Shown: positions 19,143 through 30,428 of the stretch, piece after piece | Position numbering within the stretch: the stretch's first letter is position 1 | How the letters are laid out: each line of letters starts with the position of its first letter | DNA from: Candidatus Eiseniibacteriota bacterium | Lineage (GTDB): Bacteria > Eisenbacteria > RBG-16-71-46 > CAVPCR01 | Assembly (NCBI GenBank): GCA_963823555.1 | Contig: CAWGMA010000002.1 | Location: 288,001 to 352,000 of the forward strand | Direction of reading: 5' to 3' | DNA length: 64,000 bases | Notes under the pieces: model-generated | What the model was told of the DNA's origin: nothing | Seen by the model: the letters and a program-made list of their open reading frames with translations, nothing else | The model's database searches: none | Made by a program: the position numbers and the translations under genes

Positions 19143-20062
19143 GGGTTCAGCTCCCGCCCCGTCAGGCGCAGGAACACGTCCTCGAGCGTGGTGCGGCGCG
19201 CGACCTCGGAGAGGATCGAATATCCGCCCTCATGCAGGGCCAGCAGCACGCGGTCGCCGTCGGTCGTGTAGTAGACGAGGCGGTCCGAGTACTGCTCGGG
19301 GGTCCCGAAGTCGGGCGCCAGCTCGCGAGCGATGCGCGCGCGCTCGGCGGCGGTGGCGCGTACCTCGACGGCGGCCGGCGGCACGGTCGCCTGGATCAGC
19401 TCGGCGGGGCTCCCGGTGGCGGCGATCCTGCCCTCGTTCATGATGACCAGCCGGTCGCAGAGGCGCTCCGCCTCCTCCATGTAGTGCGTGGTGAGAAGGA
19501 GCGTGATGCCGCGGGCGCGGAGATCGAGGAGCCGCTGCCAGAGATCGTGGCGGAACTGCGGGTCGAGGCCGGTCGTCGGCTCGTCGAGGATCAGGACCTG
19601 CGGCTCGGCGAGCATGGCCCGGGCGATCGCCACCCGGCGCCGCATGCCGCCCGAGAGCTTGCGGATGTGATCGCGCCCGCGGTCCTCGAGCCCGAACAGC
19701 GCGAGCGCCTCCCGGGCCCGGGTGCGCGCCAGGCGGCGGTCGAGTCCGTGATAGACGCCGAAGAGGACGAGGTTGTGCTCGACGTCCAGCGCCTCGTCAA
19801 GGAGATCCTCTTGCAGAACGACGCCGAGCTCGCGCTTGATCTGGCGCGGCTCGAGATCGGGATCGCGGCCCAGCACCTGGAGCTCGCCTCCGGTCCGCGG
19901 CGAGGCACAGAAGATCATGCGCATGGTCGAGGTCTTCCCGGCGCCGTTCGGCCCGAGGAAGCCGAAGCACTCGCCGGGCTCGACGGCGAAGTCGACGGCA
20001 TTGACGGCGGTGAAGGAGCCGAAGCGCTTCACGAGGCCTCGGGCCTGGATGATGGGGGGCAT
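19139..20062 (-). CDS. ABC transporter ATP-binding protein (NodI-like)
   Basis: GPNGAGKT, LSGGMRRR, ILDEPTTGLDP, TTHYMEEAERLCDR, LEDVFLRLTG; 4-bp overlap with the permease. Confidence 0.92.
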   Translation of the reverse strand: MPPIIQARGLVKRFGSFTAVNAVDFAVEPGECFGFLGPNGAGKTSTMRMIFCASPRTGGELQVLGRDPDLEPRQIKRELGVVLQEDLLDEALDVEHNLVLFGVYHGLDRRLARTRAREALALFGLEDRGRDHIRKLSGGMRRRVAIARAMLAEPQVLILDEPTTGLDPQFRHDLWQRLLDLRARGITLLLTTHYMEEAERLCDRLVIMNEGRIAATGSPAELIQATVPPAAVEVRATAAERARIARELAPDFGTPEQYSDRLVYYTTDGDRVLLALHEGGYSILSEVARRTTLEDVFLRLTGRELNP

Positions 20063-20073
20063 GGTGAGCGGGC

Positions 20074-21222
20074 TTACCGCCGGAAGCGGGACTTGATCTG
20101 GCCCCAGGTGGCGTCCTCGACCGCCTGCGCTCCGCAGGCCACCGGCCGCGCCCCGACCTGGCCACAGCCCCCGGAATTGCCCTCGGCGCACGGGGAGTCG
20201 GCCTGGAGCGTGAAGCAGGTGCCGTCGGTGCAGCAGAACTCGGGATCGAGCGCGAAGTCGGTGGTGTGGTCGCCGCAGGGGCCGTCGTAGCCGCTGACCG
20301 TGTTCTGCCACACGTCGTTGCAGGTGAAGGTGAGACCCGACTCGCAGGTGACGCCGATCTGGTTCATGCCGATGATGTTGCGCGCGATCGTGATCGCGGC
20401 GCCGGCGGTGGTGCGCACCCCGACATCCCCGTTGCCCCAGATGGTGTTGCCCTCGACGATGGCGGTCGAGGAGGTCAGCGTGAGAAAGACGCCGCTCTCC
20501 AGGTTGTCCATGATCAGATTCCCGCGGATATCAACCGAAACTCCCGTGCCGGAGAGGACGAGACCGAATCCACGGTTAGCCCGGATGGTGTTGTCCTCGG
20601 CTACCATCTCTCCAGCCATCGACACCCAGGTTATGGCGTCGCCAGCGGAGCCGCTGATCATGTTGTTGCTGAGGGTGAGTCCCGATTCCTGGGCGAAGAC
20701 GGCATCCCCGGCTGCCGCGCCGATCTCGTTCCCGCTGATGAGCGCGCTCGGGCAGTTGCGGATCCGGATGCCGGCTCCGCACACCGAGTTGAGGACCGTG
20801 AGCTGGCTCGTGTCGGCGTCGATCGAGCGGCTGGGCCCCGGGGGCAGTTCGAATCCATCGACGGTGACCGCGCCATCGCCGGCGGTGGCGATGGCCACCC
20901 GCTCCTCACCGGCGGCGGGCGGCCCGACGTCGATGACCGGCCGGGCCAGGTTGCCGGGATGCGAGAGCAGGTAGACGCCGGGATAGAGCACGGCGCCGGC
21001 CATCGTGTTGCCGCCGGGGAGATCCGAGAGCACGACCTCGGTGTAGGTGCCCGAGCGGACGAGGACGGTGTCCACGCCGGACTGGGCGCCGGCGGCGAGC
21101 GCGGCGGCCGGGCTCGGATGGTCGTCAGGGACGACGAGGCTGGAACCGGCGGCGGGAGTGGCCATGGCGCCCATGGCGAGAACGAGGACGGCGGCGCGAA
21201 GAGCGATCGGAGGATGGTTCAT
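20074..21222 (-). CDS. Secreted right-handed parallel beta-helix protein with TWG C-terminal tail
   Basis: Signal peptide; VPDD...DTVLVRSGTYTE; repeated 'I.GN.I..N...G'; ends VEDATWGQIKSRFRR. Confidence 0.82.
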   Translation of the reverse strand: MNHPPIALRAAVLVLAMGAMATPAAGSSLVVPDDHPSPAAALAAGAQSGVDTVLVRSGTYTEVVLSDLPGGNTMAGAVLYPGVYLLSHPGNLARPVIDVGPPAAGEERVAIATAGDGAVTVDGFELPPGPSRSIDADTSQLTVLNSVCGAGIRIRNCPSALISGNEIGAAAGDAVFAQESGLTLSNNMISGSAGDAITWVSMAGEMVAEDNTIRANRGFGLVLSGTGVSVDIRGNLIMDNLESGVFLTLTSSTAIVEGNTIWGNGDVGVRTTAGAAITIARNIIGMNQIGVTCESGLTFTCNDVWQNTVSGYDGPCGDHTTDFALDPEFCCTDGTCFTLQADSPCAEGNSGGCGQVGARPVACGAQAVEDATWGQIKSRFRR

Positions 21223-21274
21223 GGCGCGGGGATTATCCCACTTCCGATCGGGATGCAAAAGTCGGGAGTGGCCC

Positions 21275-21317
21275 TTGACCGCGGCCGGCGGCCGGTTATA
21301 CTTACCGATCGGTAAGT
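21275..21317 (+). promoter_or_regulatory. Promoter overlapped by a perfect 18-bp palindrome (probable TetR operator)
   Basis: TTGACC (21275-80), 16-bp spacer, TATACT (21297-302); ACTTACCGATCGGTAAGT at 21300-21317. Confidence 0.75.
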
Positions 21318-21372
21318 CCGTCCGCCGCCCACCCCATCCGCGGCGCGATCCCCCGAGTGAGGTGCATCGCGC

Positions 21373-22050
21373 ATGGTCACGCTACGCGCTGCCGCCATGA
21401 GGCAGACCGCGGTGAAGGGGCCGCCTCCCGGGCGGCCCGGCATCCGCTCTGTCGCCGCCGGCTCAGGCTCCACGACACGAGAGCGCGTTCTGCGCGCCGC
21501 GGTCCAGCTCTTCACCGAGCGCGGCTACGCCGCGGCCTCGATGCGCGAGATCGCCGATCGAGCTCGGGTGACGAAGCCGGTCATCTACTACTACTTCAAG
21601 AGCAAGCAGGAGCTCTACGCCTCGCTCCTGCGCCATGTGCTCGAGGAGACCGACCAGCTCTTCGCGACCGAGGTCGCCCGCCGCGGCAGAGCGAAGAGCC
21701 GGTTGCGGGCCCTGATCGCGACCCATGTCCGCATCTGCCGCGAGGAGCCCGATCTCGCTCGCTTCGTCTACGAGGTGTTCTCCTATCCCGGGTCGCTGCC
21801 GCTCGGGTTCGACTACCAGGCGCTCGGACACCGCATTCTCGGCCGGGTCGAGGATCTGATCCGCGAAGGACAGCGCTCGGGCGAGTTCCGGCGTGTGGAT
21901 CCGACCTGCGCCGTCCTGATGCTGCATGGAGCGGTCCACTTCTATGTGGCTGCCCATCTGAGCGGGGTGCCGCCGGAGCTGAACGAGCGCACGGCGTCGT
22001 GCCTGTCCTCGATCCTCTTGCGGGGTGTGGTGGCGGAGGGGTGCCGATGA
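21373..22050 (+). CDS. TetR/AcrR family transcriptional regulator
   Basis: RVLRAAVQLFTERGYAAASMREIADRARVTKPVIYYYFKSKQEL; exact start uncertain. Confidence 0.92.
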   Translation: MVTLRAAAMRQTAVKGPPPGRPGIRSVAAGSGSTTRERVLRAAVQLFTERGYAAASMREIADRARVTKPVIYYYFKSKQELYASLLRHVLEETDQLFATEVARRGRAKSRLRALIATHVRICREEPDLARFVYEVFSYPGSLPLGFDYQALGHRILGRVEDLIREGQRSGEFRRVDPTCAVLMLHGAVHFYVAAHLSGVPPELNERTASCLSSILLRGVVAEGCR

Positions 22051-23618
22051 AGCCCCTGACAGTCACCGTGTGCGCCATCGCGATCGTCGTGGGCTTGGCT
22101 GCGGACTCCACAGCAGAAGCGCCCCGCTCCACTACCGATCCGGCCGTTGTCACCTTCGGCCATTCTCCGCTGCCCGTGATCGATGCCGCCGACACGCTCC
22201 GGCTCGGACTGGGTGGCGCCATCACGATGGTGCTCAACGTCAGCGAGGAGGTCCGGATCGCCGAGTCCGATCTCGCCCGGGCGCGTTCGCTCGTGACCCA
22301 GAGCCGATCGCAGGTGTTGCCGCAGTTGAACGCCGGCCTGAGCTACGCGCGACAGTTCGCGAGCGTCTTCGAGGGCGAATCGGGCGCGGAGTTTCCGCCT
22401 TTCGAGCCCGACACTCTCGCCCCGCTCGAGGACCGCGTGCGTTATCTCGAGGAGAACACCCCCACGGCAGCCCTGTCGGGGCTCAGCGATCTCTTCGGGG
22501 ACCTGCCCTTCGGGCGCGAGCACAGCTGGGTGGCCAGCCTCGGCCTGAGCCAGAAGGTCTACAAGGGGGGTGCCCTCCTCGGTGCCATCCGTGCCGCCGA
22601 GCATGTGCGCGCCGCCGCCGATGAAGCCCTCGCCAGCGCGAAGACCGATCTCGTGCAGGCGGTCATGGAATCCTATCTGGGGGCGCTCCTGGCCGATCGC
22701 CTGGTCTCGATCGCCGAGATCGGCCTCGGCCAGGCCACGCAGCAGTATGAACTCGTGAGCCTGCACCACCAGGTGGGACGGGCGTCCGACTTCGACCTCC
22801 TGCAGGCCGAGGTCCAGCGCGACAACCAGAGACCACTCCTGGTCGAAGCCGAGAACGCGCGTTCCCTCGCCTACCTGAGCTTGCGCCGGCTCATCAACCT
22901 GTCGCCGAACAAGCCGCTGGTGCTCACGGACACCCTTCTTGCCGATAGCACTCCCATCCCCGACATCGCGAGCCTCGATCGGGAACAGCTCGCCCTCGAG
23001 GCCGAGAGCCGCCCGGCCATCCGCACGGTGGAAGAGGCCGTGGCCGCTCGCGAGCAAGGCGTGAACGTGGCTCGCAGCGGCTGGTTGCCGGAGGTCTCCC
23101 TGTTCGCGAACTACAGTCAGCAAGCCTATCCGGGCGATGTCGTCCCCGGCGGGGGGGACTGGGTGGACGACTTCGCGGTCGGCCTCCGGCTCGATCTGGC
23201 GCTCTTCGACGGGTTCCTGACCAGCGGTCGGGTGAGCGAGGCCAAGGCCCAGCTCCAGTCCGAGGCGCAGCGGCTGGCCATCCTCCGCGAGGAGCGGCGG
23301 CTGGCCGTCGAACAGCGGAGCGGCGAGCTCGAGCGAGCCCGTGCCGACCTCATGAGCAGGCAGCAGACCGTGCGCTTCGCCGCCAGGGCGCATGATCTGG
23401 CACGGCTTCGCTACGATGAGGGGGCGGCGAACCTGTTCGACGTCGCGGACGTGCGCGTCACCGAGCTGCTGGCACGCATCAACGAGGCGCGAGCCCGGTA
23501 CGACATGATGGTGGCGCTCGCGCGCCTCGAGAAGCTGACCGGCCGCCCGTTCCTGACCTCGCAGATCGTGCCGGGAGGAGTGGTCGACGTGCCCGTGGAG
23601 CCGGGGGAGGAGAAGTGA
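22047..23618 (+). CDS. TolC-family outer membrane efflux protein
   Basis: Signal peptide; ATGA overlap with tetR; LP.L.A motifs; 'DLLQAEV', 'RYDEGAANLFDV'. Confidence 0.88.
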   Translation: MKPLTVTVCAIAIVVGLAADSTAEAPRSTTDPAVVTFGHSPLPVIDAADTLRLGLGGAITMVLNVSEEVRIAESDLARARSLVTQSRSQVLPQLNAGLSYARQFASVFEGESGAEFPPFEPDTLAPLEDRVRYLEENTPTAALSGLSDLFGDLPFGREHSWVASLGLSQKVYKGGALLGAIRAAEHVRAAADEALASAKTDLVQAVMESYLGALLADRLVSIAEIGLGQATQQYELVSLHHQVGRASDFDLLQAEVQRDNQRPLLVEAENARSLAYLSLRRLINLSPNKPLVLTDTLLADSTPIPDIASLDREQLALEAESRPAIRTVEEAVAAREQGVNVARSGWLPEVSLFANYSQQAYPGDVVPGGGDWVDDFAVGLRLDLALFDGFLTSGRVSEAKAQLQSEAQRLAILREERRLAVEQRSGELERARADLMSRQQTVRFAARAHDLARLRYDEGAANLFDVADVRVTELLARINEARARYDMMVALARLEKLTGRPFLTSQIVPGGVVDVPVEPGEEK

Positions 23619-24802
23619 TGGAGAGGTGTAGCGTGATGACCCATCGGCCCGGGGTGCAGGGTGGATACGCCGGCATGTGGATCGCCGCCGGCTTGCTTCT
23701 GGCCGCGATCGGATGCGGTGGATCCCCGGAGGCCAACCGCGACGCGGATGAGGCCACGCTCATCGTCGCTCCGGATCGCGTGGTCGAGGCCGAGATCAGG
23801 CGACTCGAGGCCGGCGTGCCCTTCACCGGTGAGCTGCGCCCGATCCTGGCGGTCACGATCAAGGCGCAGATCGACGGCGATCTCGATGCGGTGCTGGTGC
23901 GCGAGGGGACACGGGTACGCGTTGGACAGCCGCTCGCGCGCTTCGATCCCGGCGACACGCGTGATCGCCACGCCGCCGCCGAAGCGGACTTCCTGGCGGC
24001 GAAGGCCGGGGCCATCGCCGCCACCAGTGATCTCAAGCGCGTCGAGCGCCTGCTGGAAGCCGGCGCCGCTTCGCCGGCCGAGCTCGAGCTGGCCCGGGCC
24101 AGCGCCGACGCGGCAGAGGCCAGACTGCGGCTCGCCGAGGCGACCCGGAATCGCGCCACCGATGACCTGGCGCGGCTCGATGTGCCGAGCCCGATCGCGG
24201 GAGAGGTGAGCCAGCGTTTCGTCGGTCAGGGAGACCACGTCGCCATCGGCGATCCGTTGATGACCGTGGTCGACACCGAGACCCTCGAGCTCGCGGCGAC
24301 CATTCCCGCCGATGCTCTCTCCCGGGTGCGCGTCGGCACTCCAGTGCGGTTTCAGGTCGATGCGTTCCCGGATCGGGTGTTCTCGGGGGAGGTGGCTCGT
24401 GTCAACCCGGTCACCGAACCGGGCACGCGCCAGGTGCAGATCTATGCCCGTTTGCCGAATCCGGAACGCCTGCTCGTGGGCGGTCTGTTCGCCTCGGGAC
24501 GGGTCGTCGATGCGGTCGCCGAGAGTGCCCTGGCGGTGCCCGTCGCCACGCTCCGCCAGGAGGCGGATACGCGTGTGGTGTATGTCGTTCGCGATGGCAG
24601 GACGGTGCGCGTGCCGGTGACCACCGGTTTCACCGATGAGGGCCTGGACCTGGTGGCCGTGAACGGGGATCTGGCTCCCGGGGACTCGCTCCTCATGGGC
24701 ACGATTCCCGGGCTCCGGTCCGGGATCCCGATCCGTCTCAGCGGCAACAACGGCAAGAACCAGGACGGCGGCACCGCGCCCGGGCACGCGGCAGGACAGT
24801 AG
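23615..24802 (+). CDS. RND periplasmic adaptor (MFP) subunit
   Basis: Lipobox-like AAIGC; G.L.P..V.IKAQIDG; SPIAGEV; PVTEPGTR; G.FASG. Confidence 0.9.
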   Translation: MMERCSVMTHRPGVQGGYAGMWIAAGLLLAAIGCGGSPEANRDADEATLIVAPDRVVEAEIRRLEAGVPFTGELRPILAVTIKAQIDGDLDAVLVREGTRVRVGQPLARFDPGDTRDRHAAAEADFLAAKAGAIAATSDLKRVERLLEAGAASPAELELARASADAAEARLRLAEATRNRATDDLARLDVPSPIAGEVSQRFVGQGDHVAIGDPLMTVVDTETLELAATIPADALSRVRVGTPVRFQVDAFPDRVFSGEVARVNPVTEPGTRQVQIYARLPNPERLLVGGLFASGRVVDAVAESALAVPVATLRQEADTRVVYVVRDGRTVRVPVTTGFTDEGLDLVAVNGDLAPGDSLLMGTIPGLRSGIPIRLSGNNGKNQDGGTAPGHAAGQ

Positions 24803-24805
24803 GAC

Positions 24806-27800
24806 ATGTTTCTCTCCGAACTCTCGATCAAACGCCCTGTCTTCGCCACGATGATGATGGTGGCGCTGGCCACGCTCGGCATCTTCTCCTACCGGCGCCT
24901 CAACATCGATCAATGGCCGGATATCGACTTCCCGGTGATCGTCGTGCAGACCATCTACCCCGGCGCCTCGCCGGAGGCGGTCGAGCGCGAGGTCACCCGC
25001 CGGGTCGAGGAGGTCGTGAACCCGATCGAGGGCGTGCGCGAGCTCACCTCGACGTCCCTCGAGGGGCTGTCGAGCGTGGTCGCCATGTTCGAACTGGATG
25101 TGAACAGCCTCGACGCCCAGCAGGACGTCCGGACCAAGATCGAGTCGATCCGCGCCGAGTTGCCGGCCGACATCGAGGAGCCGCTCGTCCTGCGCTTCGA
25201 TCCCGACGAGATCCCGATCATGTCGCTCGCCCTGCGCTCGGAACGGCAGAGCCGGCGCGAGCTGACGACCCTCGCCGAGGAGACGCTCAAGAAGCGGCTC
25301 GAGGCGGTGACCGGCGTCGGTCAGGTCTCGATCGTCGGCGGCGAGAAGCGCGCGGTCGTGATCGAGCTCGATCCCGACCGCATGGCCGCGAGCCAGGTCA
25401 GCGTGGGCGAGGTGATGGCGGCGGTCGCGGGGGAGAACCGCGAGATCCCGGCCGGGCGCCTGGAGTGGGGACCGGGGGAGCGCCTCGTCCGGCTCGAGGG
25501 GCGGATGCGGACGCCCGAGGAGTTCGCGACCATCGCCGTCGCCCAGCGCGGCGGGCGAGTGGTTCGTCTGGGCGAGGTGGCGACCCCGCGTGACGACGCC
25601 GAGGAGCGGCGCTCGGCGGCCTTCGTCGGCGCCGAGCCCGCGGTGGCGATCGATATCCGGAAGGTGTCGGGGGCCAACACCGTGGAGGTCGCCGATCGGC
25701 TCAAGGAGGAGATGGACGGGCTCCGTGCCGTCGTGCCGGAGGGCACCGAGCTCGGCATCGTGCGCGACAATTCGATCTGGATCCGCGAGTCGGTGGAGGA
25801 CGTGCAGACCACGATCATCATCGGCGCGATTCTGACCGTGCTCGTCGTCTTCCTGTTTCTGAACTCATGGCGTTCGACGGTGATCACCGGACTCACCCTG
25901 CCGGTGTCCTTGATCAGCGCCTTTCTCGCCGTGTATGCCTTCGGCTTCACGCTCAATGTGATGACCCTGATGGGCCTCTCGCTCGCCACCGGGATCCTGA
26001 TCGACGATGCCATCGTGGTTCGGGAGAACATCGTGCGCCACGTGCAGCGCGGAGAGGACCATCACACCGCGGCGCGAAAGGGCACGAGCGAGATCGGTCT
26101 CGCGGTGATGGCGACGACCTTCACGATCGTCGCCGTGTTCGTGCCGGTGGCCTTCATGGGCGGCATCGTCGGCAAGTTCTTCTACGAGTTCGGGATCACC
26201 GTCACCTTCGCCGTGCTCGTGAGTCTCTTCGTCTCCTTCACGCTCGACCCCATGCTGTCCTCGGTGTGGTACGACCCGGTGGCCGCCGGGACCGCCGAGC
26301 ACGGGCGATTCGGGCGGGCCATCGAGCGCTTCAATGACAGTTTCGTCGGGATCGGGAAGCGCTACCGCCGGATCATCGGCTGGGCGCTCTCGCATCGAAT
26401 CGCCACCCTCGGCATCGCCATCGCTTCCCTCATCGGGGCGATGGCGCTCTTCCCGCTCATCGGGGGCGATTTCATGCCCAAGTCGGACGAGGGCGAGCTC
26501 GCGGTCGTGGTCAAGACCCCGGTCGGCTCGAGCCTCGAGTACACGCAGGAGCGCGTGCGCGAGGTGGCGACCCTCATCGAGCGGCATCCGGAGGTCGCCT
26601 ACACCTACTCGACCGTGGGGGGTGGCTGGGAGGGGCAGGTCAACGAGACCGAGATGTACGTGAAGCTGGTGCCCAAACGGAAGCGCGAGCTGAATCAGTT
26701 CCAGTTCGAGGAGCGATTGCGCGAGGAGCTCGGCGCGCTCCCCGGCCTTCGGGTCTCGGTGCTCCAGTCCGGCGGGCTGGGCGGTCCCGAGAAGCCGGTT
26801 CAGGTCTACGTGAGCGGACCACAGCTCGACGAGCTCCGCCGGATCTCGGATGACTTCCTGGCTCTCATGCGCCGCACGCCCGGGTTGATCGAGGTCGAGT
26901 CGGGGCTCGAGGCCGATCGACCGGAACTGCGGGTCGAGCTGCGCCGGGATCTCGCCAGCGATCTGGGGCTCGGCGTGGCGGCGGTGGCGCAGACCCTGCG
27001 CCCAGCGCTCGCCGGGGACGAGATCAGCTCCTGGGAGGACCCGGACGGCGAGGAGCATCCGGTGATCGTACGGTTGCCCCAGTCGGCCCGCACATCCGCC
27101 GACGAGCTGGCGCGGCTCCCGCTCCTGACCGGGACCGTCGATCCCCTGACGGGGGCGCCGCGCACCGTGACGCTCGGCCACATCGCGCGCCTCGAGGAAT
27201 CGGCGGGTCCGCAGAAGATCGAGCGGCGGAACCTCGAGCGGCTGGTCGCGCTCGAGGCCAACTACGACCAGCGCACGCTCACCGAGGTGAGCCGCGACAT
27301 CGAGCGCGGGGCGAAGGCGATCGACATGCCGCCCGGGTACCGCATGGTGCTCGGCGGCGAGACCGAGCACTTCCGGGAGACCGTGGGCTTCATCCTCGAG
27401 AGCCTGGTCCTTGCCGTGGTCTTCATCTATCTCATCCTGGCGAGCCAGTTCGGCGCCTTCCTGCAGCCGCTCGCCATCATGCTGTCCTTGCCGCTGTCGC
27501 TGGTCGGTGTGTTCCTCGGGCTCCTCGCCACCGGCTCGACGTTCAACCTGATGAGCATGATCGGGCTCATCCTGTTGATGGGGCTCGTGACCAAGAACGC
27601 GATCCTGCTCGTCGACTTCGCCAACCAGGCGCGGGCGCGCGGCTCGGATCGGCGGCGCGCGCTGATCGATGCCGGAGAGACGCGGCTCCGGCCGATCGTG
27701 ATGACCACGCTCGCGATGATCTTCGGCATGCTGCCGATCGCGCTCGCGATCGGCGCCGGGGCCGAGTTCCGGGCGCCGATGGCGCGCGCGGTGATCGGCG

Positions 27801-27949
27801 GGCTCATCGCCTCGACGCTGCTCACGCTCGTCGTGGTGCCGGTGGTCTATACCTTCCTCGATGATGCGGGGGGGTGGGTGAAGCGGCGGCTGACTCGGGA
27901 GCGGCGCAGTCACGCCACCGATCTTCCTCCCTCGCTTCCGTTGCGGTAG
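24806..27949 (+). CDS. RND efflux permease (AcrB/HAE1 family)
   Basis: [43 protein letters not shown]; 1047 aa. Confidence 0.95.
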   Translation: MFLSELSIKRPVFATMMMVALATLGIFSYRRLNIDQWPDIDFPVIVVQTIYPGASPEAVEREVTRRVEEVVNPIEGVRELTSTSLEGLSSVVAMFELDVNSLDAQQDVRTKIESIRAELPADIEEPLVLRFDPDEIPIMSLALRSERQSRRELTTLAEETLKKRLEAVTGVGQVSIVGGEKRAVVIELDPDRMAASQVSVGEVMAAVAGENREIPAGRLEWGPGERLVRLEGRMRTPEEFATIAVAQRGGRVVRLGEVATPRDDAEERRSAAFVGAEPAVAIDIRKVSGANTVEVADRLKEEMDGLRAVVPEGTELGIVRDNSIWIRESVEDVQTTIIIGAILTVLVVFLFLNSWRSTVITGLTLPVSLISAFLAVYAFGFTLNVMTLMGLSLATGILIDDAIVVRENIVRHVQRGEDHHTAARKGTSEIGLAVMATTFTIVAVFVPVAFMGGIVGKFFYEFGITVTFAVLVSLFVSFTLDPMLSSVWYDPVAAGTAEHGRFGRAIERFNDSFVGIGKRYRRIIGWALSHRIATLGIAIASLIGAMALFPLIGGDFMPKSDEGELAVVVKTPVGSSLEYTQERVREVATLIERHPEVAYTYSTVGGGWEGQVNETEMYVKLVPKRKRELNQFQFEERLREELGALPGLRVSVLQSGGLGGPEKPVQVYVSGPQLDELRRISDDFLALMRRTPGLIEVESGLEADRPELRVELRRDLASDLGLGVAAVAQTLRPALAGDEISSWEDPDGEEHPVIVRLPQSARTSADELARLPLLTGTVDPLTGAPRTVTLGHIARLEESAGPQKIERRNLERLVALEANYDQRTLTEVSRDIERGAKAIDMPPGYRMVLGGETEHFRETVGFILESLVLAVVFIYLILASQFGAFLQPLAIMLSLPLSLVGVFLGLLATGSTFNLMSMIGLILLMGLVTKNAILLVDFANQARARGSDRRRALIDAGETRLRPIVMTTLAMIFGMLPIALAIGAGAEFRAPMARAVIGGLIASTLLTLVVVPVVYTFLDDAGGWVKRRLTRERRSHATDLPPSLPLR

Positions 27950-30163
27950 CGCCAGGAAGCACGCCATTGGGCGAGGTGGGCCTCGGCCTGCTGGGCGGAG
28001 ATGCGGCGTTCGTTGAAGAAGCAGGCCAGGGCACGCCCGGTCCTGGGATGGATGCCGAGCTTGGTGGTGAGCTGGTGGGGCGCCAGGCCGCCGATGTCGA
28101 TGCGGCCTTCATGCTGTCCGGCGATGTGGTGTCCGGCGCACAGGGTGGTCTTGTTGCTGGGGTCATTGGAGCCGCCCATGGGCGCGGGCACGCATGTGAT
28201 GGGCGTGAAGATTGGCGCGGGACGTACACCCGGGGCAGGAGCAGAGGTAGCGATCGCGGGCGATGATGCGATGCCGGCGGGCGAGAGCGCGGGCAAGTGG
28301 CGTGTCGTGAGTGTGGAAGAAGTGGAGGAGGATGAGCTCGAATGAAGTCCACATGGGACTGAGTGGTTGGCGCAGGAAGTGGCGAGCGGCGTCGAGTGCC
28401 TGGTGAGCCAGAGGCCGGACGTCGGCGGGAAGCCAGAAGCGGATGCGGGCGATGCAGAGCTCGGGCGGGGCGAGGGCGATGTCGTCGGGGATGCCCGTGA
28501 TCCTGGGGAGAGCGCCGGGAGCGGTGGGTGGAAGAGCAACGCCGAGGGGCAGGGGCGGGTCGGTGGCTGAACCGAGGCTGGCGATGCCGAGGGTGGCTGC
28601 AAACGCGGTCGCTTCGGCTCCAGCCATGGATTCAACCTGCCCTTCGACCTGCCGGGCGAGGCCCTGAGACCTGAGTCCGCGGATCCAGGACGCAAGGACG
28701 GTGGGATGGGCCTCGGGGAGGGTGTAGGTGCGAGCGAACTCGACCACGCGCTCGAGCTCGCGATAGGTGATGCCGTCGGCCCAGCGCACCCAGATCGGCT
28801 CGGTGGCCGGATGGAGGATGGGCAGGAGGAGGAGGGCCGCGGTGTAGGAGAGGGCGCCCTCGAGATAGGCCTGCTCGAGGCGGGGGAAGCGGTGGAGGCC
28901 CCTCTGGAAACGGAGCAGGCGTTCGGCGCGGCGCACGCCGAAGCCGAGGCGGCGTTCGCAGTAGTCGGCGAACGAGGAGAAGCCGAGGAGGCGCCATGAT
29001 CCGTCCGCGGTGAGGCGCTCGAGGTGGACCGCGATCGAAAGGCGGAGCTTCTTCTTCAAGTGCGCGAGGCGGGCGAGGGTGGCGGCGATCTGCCAGGGAT
29101 CGGCCTCCTCATCGCATACGCAATCGGCGGGGAGCTGGTGCTCGGGGTGGCGCCAGTCGAGAACCGGTGACCTCGCCGTGGCCGATGCCGGGCCGTCATC
29201 GCTGGGCGCCAGGGGTCGGCTTTCTCCCGGCGTCGCGCTCACCGGCGCCGACTCCGCACCCGCGGCGTGCGGCTCCCGATTCATTGCAGCGATCACGGCA
29301 TCCAGAAAGCGCTCGCGCTGGGATCCCACCGCATCACCCTTGCTTTCCTTCGGGGACTCGGCCGTGGCGCCCTGCGCCGACAGGTACTCGGCGAAGATCA
29401 GCTCCGCACATTGGCCGTGGTGGAGATGGCGGCCGGCGGCGGCGCGGGCCAGCTCGACGGCGGCATGCCACAGGACGGCGACGCGGGCTGGAGCGGCGAT
29501 CGACATCCAGCCCCCGGCCGGGGGCCCAGCGAAATCGCCTCCTGCAGCGAACGCCCCGAGGTCGGCCCCCGCACTGAGATCGAGAACGGTGACCGCCGCG
29601 GCTTCCTCGGCATCTGCGGTCGCCGCCTTGGCCACCACCCCAGCCACCGCTTGCTTCCTCTCGGCGCGCGTCCGGCGTACCAGCCGATGCAGCGTGCGGA
29701 TCGACATCCCTTGCGCGCGCTCGATCCACGCCTGGCGCTCGGCGGCCGGGGTGGTTGCATCCACCACCGTGCCGAGCTCGATGGCGTGGGAGGCGGAGAT
29801 GTGCCCGGCGACGAGCGCCTGGTCGATGTCGGGAGCCGTGCGGAGGACGCGGCCGAGTCGCGCCAGCCAGCGGGCGCGGCCTTCCTTGATGCCGAGCTCC
29901 TCGCGCACGAAGTCGGTGGCGCGCACGAAGCCGAGGGGGCGATAGAGCTCGCGGTCCCAGAGCAAGGCGAGACCACGCGCGAGCTCGCGATCCGCTTCAC
30001 TCTCGGCGCGCGCAAGGCGCCACAGCGCGGCGTCGCGGGCCAGGGCCGCGGGCTGGGCACCGAGGCTGGCCACCCGCGGATCAGGCACCGCCGCTGGATT
30101 CGTGCCCGCTACGGAAGACGGCCTCGCCGTCGCAATGGCAACCGACACCGATCGACTCCCCAT
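27910..30163 (-). CDS. Large HNH endonuclease with duplicated DUF222-like helical domain; single +1 frameshift near 28177
   Basis: RDRYLCSCPGC...LHAHHMRARAHG in ORF 28163-30217 continues as GGSNDPSNKTTLCAGHH...HEG in frame 27910-28695; two copies of 'LGF....(F/Y)....LG....A..L.R...L...P....A...G.(I/L)S'. Start uncertain (30163 or 30217). Confidence 0.75.
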
Positions 30164-30329
30164 CGTGAGCGCGCCGGGCGCACGCCTTCTGTTGCCAGCC
30201 GGAAGCGCGCGCCGCATGGGAGCAAACCGCGCCTCGGCCCATCATGGTTCGGGGTCTGTCGGGGTCCTTGGGGCTCGTCGCCGCCGCAGGGTGGGAGGGG
30301 AGGGCGGACGATGCGAGCCGACTCCCTGG

Positions 30330-30359
30330 AGTCTAGAAGGCCAGTTCGGGGCCCGTCAA
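30330..30359 (-). promoter_or_regulatory. Sigma70-like promoter for the HNH gene
   Basis: Minus strand TTGACG-18 bp-TAGACT. Confidence 0.45.
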
Positions 30360-30412
30360 CACAAAAGTATAGTCCCGTCGAAAATGCCCACAGATACCAC
30401 ATAAGTCTTTAT

Positions 30413-30428
30413 CATATATGCATATATG
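30413..30428. repeat. AT-rich 16-bp palindrome CATATATGCATATATG
   Basis: Tandem copy of the self-complementary 8-mer CATATATG within an AT-rich patch. Confidence 0.85.

Noticed and set aside
18360..20062. Assigning nodI/nodJ gene symbols
   Set aside because: Family similarity only; no nodABC genes in the window.
21357..23618. 753-aa ORF suggesting an extended TolC
   Set aside because: The 5' part is an off-frame overlap of tetR; the real start is ATG 22047, followed by a signal peptide.
25865..27967. Long antisense and alternative-frame ORFs, e.g. 25865-27967, 3441-5594, 32451-34313, 36734-39235, 49405-51441, 56140-58497
   Set aside because: They shadow well-supported genes, carry no recognisable motifs, and are expected in high-GC DNA.
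30080..30246. 54-codon minus-strand ORF (MMGRGAVCSH...) upstream of and overlapping the HNH start
   Set aside because: No recognisable features; it cannot be distinguished from chance or from a frameshifted N-terminus without reads or homologues.
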